This document shows, piece after piece, positions 37,879-49,405 of a stretch of 64,000 bases of DNA (positions are counted from its first letter, which is position 1; every line of letters starts with the position of its first letter). Source of the stretch: Okamejei kenojei. Taxonomy: Eukaryota. The notes under the pieces were generated by a model that saw only the letters and a program-made list of their open reading frames with translations, had not been told where the DNA came from and ran no database searches. The stretch covers positions 100,316,001 through 100,380,000 of the forward strand of contig CM069135.1 in NCBI GenBank assembly GCA_035221665.1, in the 5' to 3' direction. The position numbers and the translations under genes were made by a program.

Positions 37879-39026
37879 ATCTCGAAGAAAGTTCAGCGGC
37901 AAAATTCTCTAGAGCTGGCCGTTGAATATACGGCAGTCCCCGTTCCGCTACAGTCCGGAAGACTACCGCAGACTGGCGGGAAGGCAGCGCGGAAGTCGGG
38001 TAGCCCCGTTCTATCGGCAGGCCCCGACTCTCTACCGCTTAAGTCCAGAAGACCGCGGACTTGCGGCAAAACCGCGCGGAAGTCGGGTAGCCCCGTTAAT
38101 ACGGCAGGCCCCGACTCTCCACAGCGACAGTCTGGAAGACTATCACGGACTGGCGGTCACAGCCCCGTTGACTCAGCTGAGTCCGGGGACGACGACCTGC
38201 CGTTCGCAGACAGCGACGGCGATCTCATTGGAGCGGATGATGAAGCAACTGCTCCAGAGGAACCTACGCCAGCAGGAGCATGGTCCCCGTGGACCGCATC
38301 ACAGGCCCACGACAGTACCCTATCCAGGACTGCCCAATGTCTCTCCCTCCTCGGAGGGGAGTGCCAGAAGTCAGGGCTGGGCTGACTTTGAAGAGGGGTT
38401 GACAGAAGACCCAAAATTGCAGGGGATGCAAGAAGAGGAACTTCCGGGGATGGTGTCCAAATTTGCACAGTCATCCCAGAAAGGGCAGCCACTTCAGCCA
38501 TGGTTAGCAGCAAGTATTAATTACTTGACTACGCACCAGCTACAGGAGCAGGTCCATTGATGGCACAGACATGACAGAGGAGCAACAGGACGCATTAGCC
38601 CTGTTCTGCAATGCACAATATGAAATTAATTGTTTCGGGAAGAGCACGATCCGTCCCACGCTCAACCCCAAATTTGCGGGATTGTGCAAAGCCAGCGCTA
38701 CGCCGTCACCGAATTTGCTGTTTGGGGATAACCTGCCTAAACAGGTCAAGGACCTGGATGAGGAAGCCAAAGCAGTGGGCATGATAAAGCCACCTTCCAC
38801 CAACAGGCCAACAGCATACCGGCGGCAGCATCCCTATGCAACACCCAACAGGCCCCGCTTCCACCCAGACAGGATGAGGGGTGAAAATCCAAAGGTCGCG
38901 CCATACACACAAAGGTCTTTTTTAGGCCAGGGCCCAGCGCGACCTGCATGGAAGATGCGTCAACCCCACACCACAGTGCCTCCACTTCCCAAGAACCAAG
39001 GACGGAAGATCAAACACCACCAGTAA
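37879..39026 (+). pseudogene. DIRS ORF1 (gag-like), frameshifted and probably internally deleted
   Basis: Low-complexity N-terminus, LERMMKQLLQ coiled-coil-like segment, and DALALFCNAQYEIN...IRPTLNPKFAGLC...LLFGDNLPKQVKDL as in DIRS ORF1 C-termini. Confidence 0.7.
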
Positions 39027-39033
39027 CCAGTAA

Positions 39034-40967
39034 GTGGAGGTAAGTGGGTCTGGTTCCCTTGGGAATACTGCATGTATAACTTCACAAGTGGGAGGTAGAT
39101 TGCGCCTATTTGGGGATGCATGGAGCTCCATAACTTCTGACCTCTTTATATTACACAGTATTCAGGGATATAAAATTGAATTCAACAACAAACTCCTCCC
39201 ACCAGTTCAACATGTACCTGGCCGGAAATTTGTGCTTTCTCAAAACGAGAAACTGGGAGGACATGCAGAACTATTTAGGTTATATGCTAAGGGAGTAATA
39301 GAGAAAACAAAACATGAACCTCTTGAGTTTGTATCAAACATCTTTACCAAAACCAAAAAAGATGGTGGATGCCGTATTATTATTGACTTAACCCAACTGA
39401 ATACTTTTGTGCAATATATCCACTTCAAGATGGAAACATTTGAAACTGCCAAACAACTGATTTCCAGAGGGTACTTCATGGCCTGCATTGATTTAAAAGA
39501 TGCATTCTATTCAGTACCCATACATAAAGATCACCGCAGATATTTGAAGTTTGTCTGGATGGGGCAGCTGTTGCAGTATAGAGCACTGCCTAATGGACAA
39601 ACAACAGCTCCCAGGTTATTTACCAAAATATTGAAACCGGCATTGGCGTCTTTACGAAAACAAAACCACATAGTCATGGCTTATCTTGATGGCATTTTAA
39701 TTGTGGGGAAAACCTTGGAATTGGCTAAATTAGCTGTGACAGCCACCAAGCTACTACTTCAAGAGCTGGGGTTCGTCATCCATCCAGACAAATCCAAGTT
39801 AACGCCCTCTGTCGTAATGGACTATCTGGGGTTCACGATTAACACAATTCACGTGACTGTCACTTTACCAAATAACAAAACGGCAGATTTAATAGAGGCA
39901 TGTAATAGCCTTGCTTGCGCCAGCAAACCGACCATTCGACACACTGCCTGGGTAATCGGGAAACTTGTGGCTACATTTCCAGCTGCACATGATGGACCAT
40001 TACTTTATCAAAATTTACAAAGAGCAAAAATCTCAGCACTAAAGTCTCATGCTGGGCATTTTGACAGGCCTATGCAGCTACCAGCCAAAGCAAAAAACGA
40101 GCTGCGATGGTGGATAAGCAACATTCGACATTGCTTTAATCCCATCGCAGTTACAAATCCTTCAGTCGTGTTACAAACTGACACCAGCGCTCACGGGTGG
40201 GGAGCTACCGACACCACCTCCAGTTGTGGCGGTAGATGGAATTTGCATGAATCTACATTACTTCAGTCACGAGGTATAAACTATTTAGAAATGCTGGGAG
40301 CGTTTCACGGGCTACGGGCCTACTGTTACAAACATGCATCACCTGCATGTTCGTCTACAAATAGCCTGCACCACAGTGGTGGCATATTTAAATCATATGG
40401 GTGGTATCAAGCCGATATCTTGTGATGAATTGGCAAACACAATTTGGCACTGGTGTATTGAAAGAAACATTTATATTTCAGCTACATACCTTCCGGGTAA
40501 GCTAAATACAGTGGCGGACACCAGGTCACGCATAGTCAATGACAACACCGAATGGATGTTGAACCACCAGGTATTTACTGACATTACAGCTCAGTATGGA
40601 ACACCAGATATCGACCTTTTTGCGTCCCAGACTGAACCATCAGATACAAACATATGTCGCATGGGAACCAGACCCTGGGGCTGTAGCGATGGACGCTTTC
40701 TCGCTACATTGGGGGAATTTGTTCTTCTATGCATTTCCCCCCTTATGCCTCATCAGTCGGGTACTGCGGAAAATCCAATTAGATTCCGCATTAGGGGTCC
40801 TGATAATACCTGACTGGCTTACACAGCCATGGTTCCCGGTGGTCCTCGACATGGTAAAGGAACCATGCCTTCCGGTTCCCAAACGCCTGAACCTCCTGAT
40901 TCATCCTATAACAGGGGAAAATCATCCGTGCCATGGTCATATGAACCTGTTGGCTTGCAGGTTCTGA
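39034..40967 (+). pseudogene. DIRS reverse transcriptase-RNase H-DNA adenine methyltransferase-like polyprotein (two frameshifts)
   Basis: VGGRLRLF..W, KKDGGCRIIIDL..LN, HFKMET, IDLKDAFYSVPI, LPNGQTTAPRLFTK, YLDG (from YLDD), YLGF. RNase H LQTDTSAHGWGA..INYLE..TTVVAYLNHMGG..YLPGKLNTVAD. MT domain DIDLFAS..DAF..W..YAFPP..LIIPDW..QPWFP. Shifts near 40335 and 40625. Confidence 0.92.
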
Positions 40968-41912
40968 AAAGAACACTTCTGGAGTTCGGGCTGTCGAACA
41001 GGACCATGGACATCATCATGGCGTCGTGCAGAGAGTCCACAAGGAGGCAATACCTTACCCATGTAAGGAAATGGGAGGTGTTTTGTTCCAGGACTGGTAC
41101 CACCTTCAACTCTGCCACCATCACGGATGTGCTGGAATTCCTCGCGGGCCGTCACTACGATGAGGGCCTCAGTTCCAGTGCTATCAACAGCGCGAGGAGT
41201 GCTTTGTCATCCTACCTCAGGCTTGGAGTGGGATCCCATCCTTTGGTCTCCAAACTTATGAGGGGTATTTTTAATTCCAACCCTCCCAGACCATGATACA
41301 CGATGACCTGGGAAATCGGACTGGTCTTGTCTCTACTCAGGAGTTGGGCACCAGTCTCGAATCTCCCACTGGCTAAGCTCACCTACAAAGTGGTGATGCT
41401 AATGGCACTTGTCACTGCACAATGGATCCAGATCCTCCACAAATTAAAACTGGATAATATGGTCTCAACTCCCACCAAAGTAACCCTTTGTCGATGAGTT
41501 ACTAACACATCACAGAGCAGGAACAACCGGTCTAAAATTGGAATTTCTGGCATATCCTGTTGATAAACGCCTTTGTATAGTCACCCACCTTCGATATTAT
41601 ATAGATGTCACCAAGAATATCAGGGGTACAGAAGTAGGTGTTTTTTATCAGTTTCACCATAGGGTAACTGTTCAGACTATTTCCAGGTGGCTCAGGGTGG
41701 TGTTGGGTGCAGCAGGGGTAGACACTGACGTTTTTAAATCTCATTCTACCAGGTCTGCGTCCACATCAGCGGCGAGGATCATGGAGGTTCCCATGGACCA
41801 CATCCTCGCAACAGCGGGTTGGGCCAATGAGGGCACATTTCAGAGGTTTTATAATAAACCTGTGGCCACACCTGCAACGTTTGCTGACACTGTTTTAAGT
41901 TCTGTTTCCTAA
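40829..41912 (+). pseudogene. DIRS tyrosine recombinase (disrupted)
   Basis: STRRQY..KW..FC, AINSARSALS, HPLVSKLMRGIF..PPRP*Y, AQW (likely from catalytic AQR), FKSHSTRSASTS, AGW...TFQRFY. Stop at 41294-41296 and a frameshift near 41490. Confidence 0.92.
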
Positions 41913-42025
41913 AATTCCCCGAAGTTAGGGGTTATTGTTTGTTTATTAATAAATACATTATTATTTTTCAGCTCTGTTTTCAAGTCTGAAATACGTTAAC
42001 ATACTTTCTCCATCAGTCATTACGG

Positions 42026-42121
42026 CACGTGACTCCGAAGTAAAATAATAAGATTAAACGAGAACTTACCAGTTTGAAGTTTGATCCTTATTTTATGAGG
42101 CGTTACGATGAGGGATTTCGT
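42026..42121 (+). repeat. DIRS internal complementary region (ICR)
   Basis: 42026-42046 is the exact reverse complement of 37618-37638. 42047-42121 is the reverse complement of 42266-42340 with about 4 mismatches. Confidence 0.92.
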
Positions 42122-42340
42122 ACCCTCCGCTCCCAACCCTCTATCATAAGGTCAACCGGTATGTTGGTTTCTCTTAAAATCTTACTATCTTCAGTCAATA
42201 CTTCTATCTGTGATTTCACACCGCTGCTTTGAAGAATGGCGTGCATGCATGCTGGCGGGGTCTTCACGAAATCCCTCAGCGTAACTCCTCATAAAATAAG
42301 GATCAAACTTCAAACTGGTAAGTTCTCATTTAATCTTACT

Positions 42341-43060
42341 ATTCTCTATGATAATCCTCATTACTGGTGTTCTCAGCCCCCATTTTTACTCCTTGTTCAT
42401 CCACGACTGTGCAGCCATGTACAAATCTAATTCAATTTACAAATTTGCAGATGACACCACCATTCTGGGCTGGATATCAAATGATGATGAGCACAGGAAG
42501 GAGATTGAGAATCTGGTGTCCTGGTGTTGAGTCAACAAGCTTTCTCTCAATGTCAGCAAGACAAAGGAGATAGTGATCGACTTCATGAAGCGTAACGGTA
42601 CACATACCCCAGTTTGCATTGACGGTGCTGAAGTAGACATGGTCGAAAACTTCAAACCTTGAGAGTAAATATCACCAAGGACTTCTCCTGGACCACCCAT
42701 ACTGAAGCAACGACCAAGAATGCACACCAACACCTCTACTTCCTCAGAAGGCTTAGGATGTTTGGCATGTCCCCAACAACTCTCCCCAACTTCTACAGAT
42801 GCACCATAGAAAGCATTTTACACATGACAATGAACTAAACTAACTAACTAACCTAGCTCTCAGAGCAGGTACCATCGGACTATCTTTAATCTGACTTTAC
42901 TGGACTTTATCTTGCACTAAACGGTATTCACATTATTACCTTTATCATGTATCTGTACACTGTGGATGGCTCACTTGAAATCACGTATTGTCTTTCTGCT
43001 GACTGGGTTAGCACGCAACAAAAGCTTTTCACTGTGCCTCAGTACACATGACAATAAATT
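42341..43060 (+). mobile_element. Rex/Babar RT fragment, part 2, and 3' tails
   Basis: VLSPHFYSLFIHDCAAMYKSNSIYKFADDTTILGWISNDDE..EIENLVSWC; tail catgacaat.aa. Confidence 0.85.
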
Positions 43061-43234
43061 AGGTCGTTTAGGCTGGTACAATAACAACGTCTAACACTTG
43101 GACAGCTACATGGATAGGAAACGTTCAGAGGGAAAAGGGCAAAAAGTGAGCAAATGGGACTTAGATGGGACATAGTGGTTGTCATGGATGAGATGGGCGA
43201 AGGGCCTGTTTCAGTGCGGTATGTCCATATGACT

Positions 43235-44140
43235 CAAGTTTGCAGATGATACGAAAATAGGTGGAAGGGCAGGCAGTGTAGAGAAAGCAGGGACTCTGCA
43301 GAAGGACGTGGGCAGAGTGGGCAGAGAAATGGCAGATGGAATATAGTGTAGCAAAGTGTGGAGTCATGCATTTTGATAGTAGGAATAAAGGCGTAGACTA
43401 TTTTCTAAATGGGGAGAGAACCCAGAAATCGGAGATGCATAGGAACTTGGGAGTGCTGGTGCAGGATTCCCAAAAAGTTAACCTGCACGTTGAATCGGTA
43501 GTAAAGAAAGCAAACTCAATGCTAGCATTTATTTCAAAAGGGCTTGTATACAAAAACAGGGATGTAATGCTGAGACTCTATAAGGTGCTGGTAAGGCCAC
43601 ATTTGGAGTATTGTGAGCAATTTCGGGCACCATATCTGAGGAAGGATGTGCTGGCTCTGGAGAAGGTCCAGAGGTGGTTTACGAGAATGATCCCAGGATT
43701 GAGAAGGTGAACCTATGATGAGCATTTGTCGGCAGTGGGTCTGTACTCGCTGGAGTTTCGAAGAATGAGGGGGGACCTCATTGAAGCACACAGAAGAGTG
43801 AAAGGCTTGGATATAGTGGATGTGGAGAGGATGTTTCACTTGTGGGAAAGGTCATAGAGGTCATTGCCTCGGAATTAAAGGATGTTCTTTTAGGAAGGAG
43901 ATGAGGAGAAATTTCTTTAGACAGAGGGTGGTGAATCTGTGGAATTCTTTGCCACAGAAGGCTGTGGAGGCCGTCAGTGGGTATTTTTAAGGCAGAGATA
44001 GATACATTTTTGATTAGTACAGGTGTCAGAGGTTAATGGGAGAAGGCAGGAGAATGGGGTTCGGAGGGAGAGATAGATCAGCCATGATTGAATGGCGGAG
44101 TAGACTTGATGGGCCGAATGGCTTAATTCGACTCCTATCA
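43235..44140 (+). mobile_element. CR1 LINE RT C-terminus and 3' UTR
   Basis: KFADDTKIGG, KCGVMHF, LYKVLVRPHLEYCEQF, LEKVQRWFTRMIPG. Confidence 0.88.
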
Positions 44141-44304
44141 CATTACCCCATGACTCCTCATTTTAGAGTTACTGATCCTGCTACAATCCCAACGAGTGGA
44201 ATTTTGTGCGTTGATTCACATTTTGTTATGTGGAATCCTGTGATTACCATAAAGATAGACGTTGGGTCCTGTTTTCTCAAACAGAACCATAAGGAAGACC
44301 ATTA

Positions 44305-44715
44305 GATCATATCATGTGATAGGAGCAGAATTAGGCCATTCGGTTCATCATGTCTACTCCGCCATTCAATCATGGCCCCATTATCCTGCCTTCGCCCCAT
44401 AACCTCTGACACCCGTACTAATCAAGAATCGATCGATCTCTGCATTAAAAATATCCACTGACTTTGCCTCCACAGCCTTCTAGCAAATAATTCCACAGAT
44501 TCACCACCCTCTGACTAAAGAAATTCATCCTCATCTTCTTCCTGAAAGAACACACTTTAATTCTGAGGGCCTCTAGTCCCAGACTCTCCCACTAGTGGAA
44601 ACATCCTCTCCACATCCACTCTATTTAAGCCTTTCATTGTTCGGAAAGTTTCAATTCAACTTAGAAGAATGCCCCCCCACATTCTTCTAAGTTCCAGCGA
44701 GTGCAGGACCAGTGG
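44305..44715 (-). mobile_element. CR1 3' end (inverted relative to 43235-44140)
   Basis: Reverse complement of the same CR1 subfamily 3' region. Confidence 0.8.
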
Positions 44716-44989
44716 TATTCATGTTATCCCCTTTATCAGGTATTCTGTGCACTGCGAATGGATGGCTTGATTGTAATCGTGTATTGTCTTTCTGCTGACT
44801 GATGAGCAGGCAACAAATCATTTCACTGTACCTTGGTACACGTGATAATAAACTAAACTAATAAAGTACCAGCAAATTTTGATGGTATGCCATGGTCATA
44901 AGCAGACTCTGCACCTCAATAGAATTTTTTTTTCCAAAATGATGTGTCTGACAATATGCACAGAACAGCTCCATCCAAGACCAAAAGAA

Positions 44990-45413
44990 GTACTCGCTAG
45001 AATTTAGAAGATTGAGGGGGGATCTTATAGAAACTTACAAAATTCTTAAGGGGTTGGATAGGCTAGATGCAGGAAGATTGTTCCCGATGTTGGGGAGGTC
45101 CAGAACAAGGGGTCACAGTCTAAGGATAAGGGGGAATTCCTTTAGGACCGAGATGAGGAAAACATTTTTCACACAGAGAGTGGTGAGTCTCTGGAATTAT
45201 CTGCCACAGAAGGTAGTTGAGGCCAGTTCATTGGCTATATTTAAGAGGGAGTTAGATGTGGCCCTTGTGGCTAAAGGGATCAGGGGGTATGGAGAGAAGG
45301 CAGGTACAGGATACTGAGTTGGATGATCAGCCATGATCATATTGAATGGCGGTGCAGGCTCGAAGGGCCGAATGGCTTACTCCTGCTCCTATTTTCTATG
45401 TTTCTATGTTTCT
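44990..45413 (+). mobile_element. Young CR1 3' end nested in a Rex-like fragment (~44961-45780)
   Basis: Open frame RGDLIETYKILKGLDRLDAGRLFPMLGRSRTRGHSL...FFTQRVV..WN.LPQKVVEA; (TTCTATGT)n tail. Confidence 0.9.
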
Positions 45414-46539
45414 AAGTTACAAGGTCGAGTCGCACCGTAGCTACCCCCTCTCTCATCAGGCAAATGGTATAGAAAGCTAACCACCAGATTCAGGGACAGT
45501 TTCTTGCCAGCTGTAATCAGGCAACTGAACCATCCTACCACATCCAGAGAGCAGTCCTGAACCACTGTCTACCTCTTTGGAGACCCTTGGACTATCCTTG
45601 ATTGGACTTTGCTGGCTTTACCTTGCACGAAACGCTATTCCCTTATCGTGTCTCTAAACACTGAAAATGGCTCGATTGTAATCATGTATTGTCTTTCTGC
45701 TGACTGGTTAGCATGTAACAACAACTTTTCACTGTACCTCAGTAAACGTGATAATAAACTAAACTAATCTAAACTAAACTAAGTACCAGCAGATGTTGAT
45801 GTTCTTTATGCAGCGGTCATAAGCAGACTCTGCACCTCAATAGAATGTTCTTTTCCTAACTGACGTTGCTGACATTGTGCACTGCCAGTGGTATCTTTAA
45901 CAGGATGATAATTGTGGTTGTGCTCCTCTAATAATCTGCCTTTATTGTGGGGCTCCAGCTCCAAAATAATGTTCTCCCATTTGGCAGGTGAGTGTGCAGA
46001 GAAACGCAGAGTAGATGGTTCTTTCTAATCAGGTTGGAAACCAGTGCTTTGCATTTCCTGAGCCAGGCCTCAGTCACAAAAGTTGGCTCCCATCTCCTCT
46101 AACGCAGCTCCATAAATAACTGATGTGAGACAGAGCAGAGCGATAATAATGCCTCTGATTGCTCCATTTGGCCAGTCTCCACTCGGCTTCTTTTCCCCGC
46201 AATGACGTTGCAAGGCCAACAGTGCAGTGGTAGGTATTAAGTTACTTCCTTCAATTATAAATTAGTCAAAGGGATCTTTCGACCATACATTCTCTCTCTG
46301 TCCAAATTAATTAAAGGCATGGACTGCAAGGGCAGCAGGGTAGAATTTGAAATATGGCAGATATCTAAAACGAGGCGTAAAGTAAAATAAATTTAGCAAC
46401 ATAATTGTGAAAATACTGGGCATGATGCAGAGTGAATAAGCTTCTGGCAAGATTAACATTGCTTTATGTTAAAGGGATTACATGTAAATAGAGTACATGA
46501 CTTTTTACCTCCTCCCTTTCCAGCATCCAGAGACTCAAA

Positions 46540-46965
46540 CATTCTTGCTGGGTGAATCACTGATTCATTCACACCTCCGCCAATTTATTGTGCTCATTTA
46601 GCGTTTATCTCATGATCTCCTTTGCACAAGAGAAACTAAACACTACCTGGGTAACAGCACTACAGAATGCCTGCAAACAGTGATATGCTCGGTGCGGGCA
46701 AATGGGATTAGCTTGGGTGGTGTATGTTGGTTGTCATCGAAGAGTTGGGACGAAGGACATGATTTCCGTGCTGAAAGATTCTACAACCCCATGGCCACCA
46801 TTTAATCCAGAAAGGTGAGGCTGAACTTCCAGTTCCTTATCATTTCATTTCTCCACTCCAATTTCACTCTGACTGTCTTTCATCCCATTCACTGTTCTAT
46901 TAAAGTCCAGTGGAAACTCCAGGACATATCAGAACTCAGGACTCAATCTTGATTCAACAATTTCA
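46540..46965 (+). mobile_element. Old Penelope GIY-YIG endonuclease remnant, interrupted by a short CR1 tail
   Basis: Translates to LL.TRETKHYLGN..TECLQ and ELPVPYHFISP..HSD, resembling YIGETKR.LGDRF.EHL and LPVA.HFNSP.HSHSD. Confidence 0.5.
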
Positions 46966-46975
46966 GATAGGCTTG

Positions 46976-47917
46976 GGTGGCACAGCGATAGAGTTGCTGC
47001 CTTATCGCACCAGAGACCCGGGTTTGATCCTGACTATGGGTGCTGTCTGTACAGAGTTTGTACATTCTCCCTCAAGATTCAAGATTCAAGATTCAAGAGA
47101 GTTTATTGTCATGTGTCCCAGATAGGACAATGAAATTCTTGCTTTGCTTCAGCACAACAGAATTATGAAAGCGGAACAGATCAGTGTGTCCATATACCTT
47201 GTATAAATATATACACACATGAATGAATAAATAAAACAGATACAGTGCAAATAAACAGATAATGGGCTATTAATGTTCAGAGTTTGTTTGAAGTTGTGTT
47301 TAATAGTCTGATGGCTGTGGGGAAGTAGCTGTTCCTGAACCTGGATGTTGCAGATTTCAGGCTCCTGTACCTTCTACCTGATGGTAGCGGAGAGATGAGT
47401 GTGTGGCCAGGATGGTGTGGGTCCTTGATGATGTTGGCAGCCTTTTTGAGGCAGCGACTGCGATTTATCCCCTCGATGGTAGGGAGGTCAGAGCCGGTGA
47501 TGGCCCAGGCAGTGTTTACAACGTCTTGCAGCCTTTTCCACTCCTGGGCGCTCAAGTTGCCGAACCAAGCCACGATGCAACCGGTCAGCATGCTCTCCAC
47601 TGTGCACCTGTAGAAGTTAGAGAGAGTCCTCCTTGACAAACCGGAAGTAGAGGCGCTGATGTGCTTTCTTTATGATTGCATCAGTGTTCTCGGACCAGGA
47701 GAGATCTTCAGAGATGTGCACACCCAGGACTTTGAAGCTCTTGACCCTTTCCACCATCTCTGTCTGAGATCTCTGGTTTCCTCCCACACTACAAAGGCGT
47801 ACAGGCTTGTGGATTAATTGTTTTTGGTATCATTGTAAATTGTCCCTGTGGTGTGTAGGATATTGTTAGTGCACAGGTTGGCGATGACTCGGTGGGCCTC
47901 TGTATCTCTAAACTAAA
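46976..47917 (+). mobile_element. HE1-like SINE split by a Rex/Babar insertion
   Basis: Head at 46976-47071; core and tail resume at ~47770. Confidence 0.75.
47072..47760 (-). mobile_element. Rex/Babar LINE 3' fragment
   Basis: FYRCTVESMLTGCIVAWFGN...KDPHHPGHTLISPLPSGRRYRSL..TSRFRNSYFPTAIRLLN; (TTGAATC)n tail. Confidence 0.88.
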
Positions 47918-48179
47918 TATCCAGATTGTGTTCAGTTCGCGTTAATTCTGGCAAAAGATCATCAACCTGTATGTTAAAAATATTTCTCTCTCCTTTATTT
48001 TTCATTCATATCCTTCCTCATTCACCTCGTCCAAGCAGATTATCTGTGATATACAAGCCTTCACTTCCCTCTCAACTGGCACCACCATCATTATGAAATA
48101 CAGCCACTCTTGGTCTCCACCCTAGCACAGATGTATCCTTTCCGTCTCTATACCTCCTCAGCCCTTCTGAAGTTGTTCC

Positions 48180-48470
48180 ATCAGAGGAGTTGAGTTTGGG
48201 AGCAAGGAGGTCCTACTACAGTTGTACAGGGCCCTGGTGAGATCGCACGTGGAGTATTGTGTGCAATTCTGGTCTCCTAATTTGAAGAAAGATGTTATTG
48301 CTATTGAGGGAGTGCAGCGTAGGTTCACCAGGTTAGTTCCCGGGATGGCAGGCTGACATATGATGAAAGAATGGGTCGACTGGGCTGGTATTCCCTGGAA
48401 TTTGGAAGGATGAGAGGGGATCTTATGGAAACATATAAAATTCTTAAAGGATTCGACATGCTAGATGCAG
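48180..48470 (+). mobile_element. CR1 fragment
   Basis: LLQLYRALVRSHVEYCVQFWSP..KDVIAIEGVQRRFTRLVPG. Confidence 0.85.
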
Positions 48471-49097
48471 GACCCTTCTTCAAATTTAGAACCCAGGTCA
48501 AAGAACAGTACAACACAGGAAGGGGCCGTTCGGCCCGCAATGTTTGTGCCAAATACGATGCCAAGTTAAACTCATCTCATCTGCCTGAATATGATCCCTA
48601 TCCCTCTATTCGCTGCACTTCAATGAGCCTATCCAAAAGTCTCTTAAACGCCAACATCGTATCAGCCTCCACTACCTCCCTTGACATGCCATTCCAGCAC
48701 CCCATCACTTTATGTGTAAAAACATGACCTGCATATCTTAACCAAACTTTCCCCCTCTCACCTTATAGCTCTGCCCTCTCATTTTTGACATTTACACCCT
48801 GGGAAAAAGGTTCTGACTGTTTATCCTATTTATGCCTCTCATAATTTTATATACTTTTATCAAGTCTTCCCTCGACCTCTGACATTCCAAATGAGAATGA
48901 GAAAACAATCCAAGTTTAACTAACCTCTCTTCCTGTAATTTACAGAGTACTATGTTTACATATCTGTTGTGTTGCTGCAAGTAAGAATTTCATTCTTCAA
49001 TTTTGGGATATATAAAAAACTCTTGACATGACTCTTTACTCACTTGAGCTAATACCCCCCAAATCCACGCAACATTCTGGTAAACCTATGGTAAGTG

Positions 49098-49405
49098 GGT
49101 AACACAGTGGTGCAGCGGTAGAGTTGCTTCTGCCTTATAACTGCGCCAGAGACCTGGGTTTGATCCTGACTATGGGTGCACACTGTGCAGAGTTTGTATC
49201 TTTACCCTGTGACCCTCGTGGGTTTTCTCCAGGTGCTGCGGTTTCCTCCGACACTCCAGAGGCGTGCAGGTTTGTAGGTTAATTGGCTCTTGTAAATTGT
49301 CTCAAGTGTGTAGGATAGTGCTTGTGTGTGAGGTGATCGTTGCTCAGCATGGACTCGGTGAGCTGTAGGGCCTGTGTCTCTAATGTCTGAAATAAAGTCT
49401 AAAGT
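49098..49405 (+). mobile_element. HE1-like SINE
   Basis: Matches the SINE consensus. Confidence 0.8.

Larger units (their letters stand above)
37618..42343 (+). mobile_element. DIRS1-like tyrosine-recombinase retrotransposon, near full length, inactivated
   Basis: gag-like ORF1, RT/RNase H, methyltransferase and YR remnants in order. ITRs at 37648-37674 / 42241-42267. ICR at 42026-42121. ATT at both junctions. Confidence 0.95.

Noticed and set aside
40829-41912. Prophage integrase or bacterial contamination (YR plus Dam-like domain)
   Set aside because: The domains sit within a DIRS retrotransposon with ITR and ICR, flanked by vertebrate LINE sequence.
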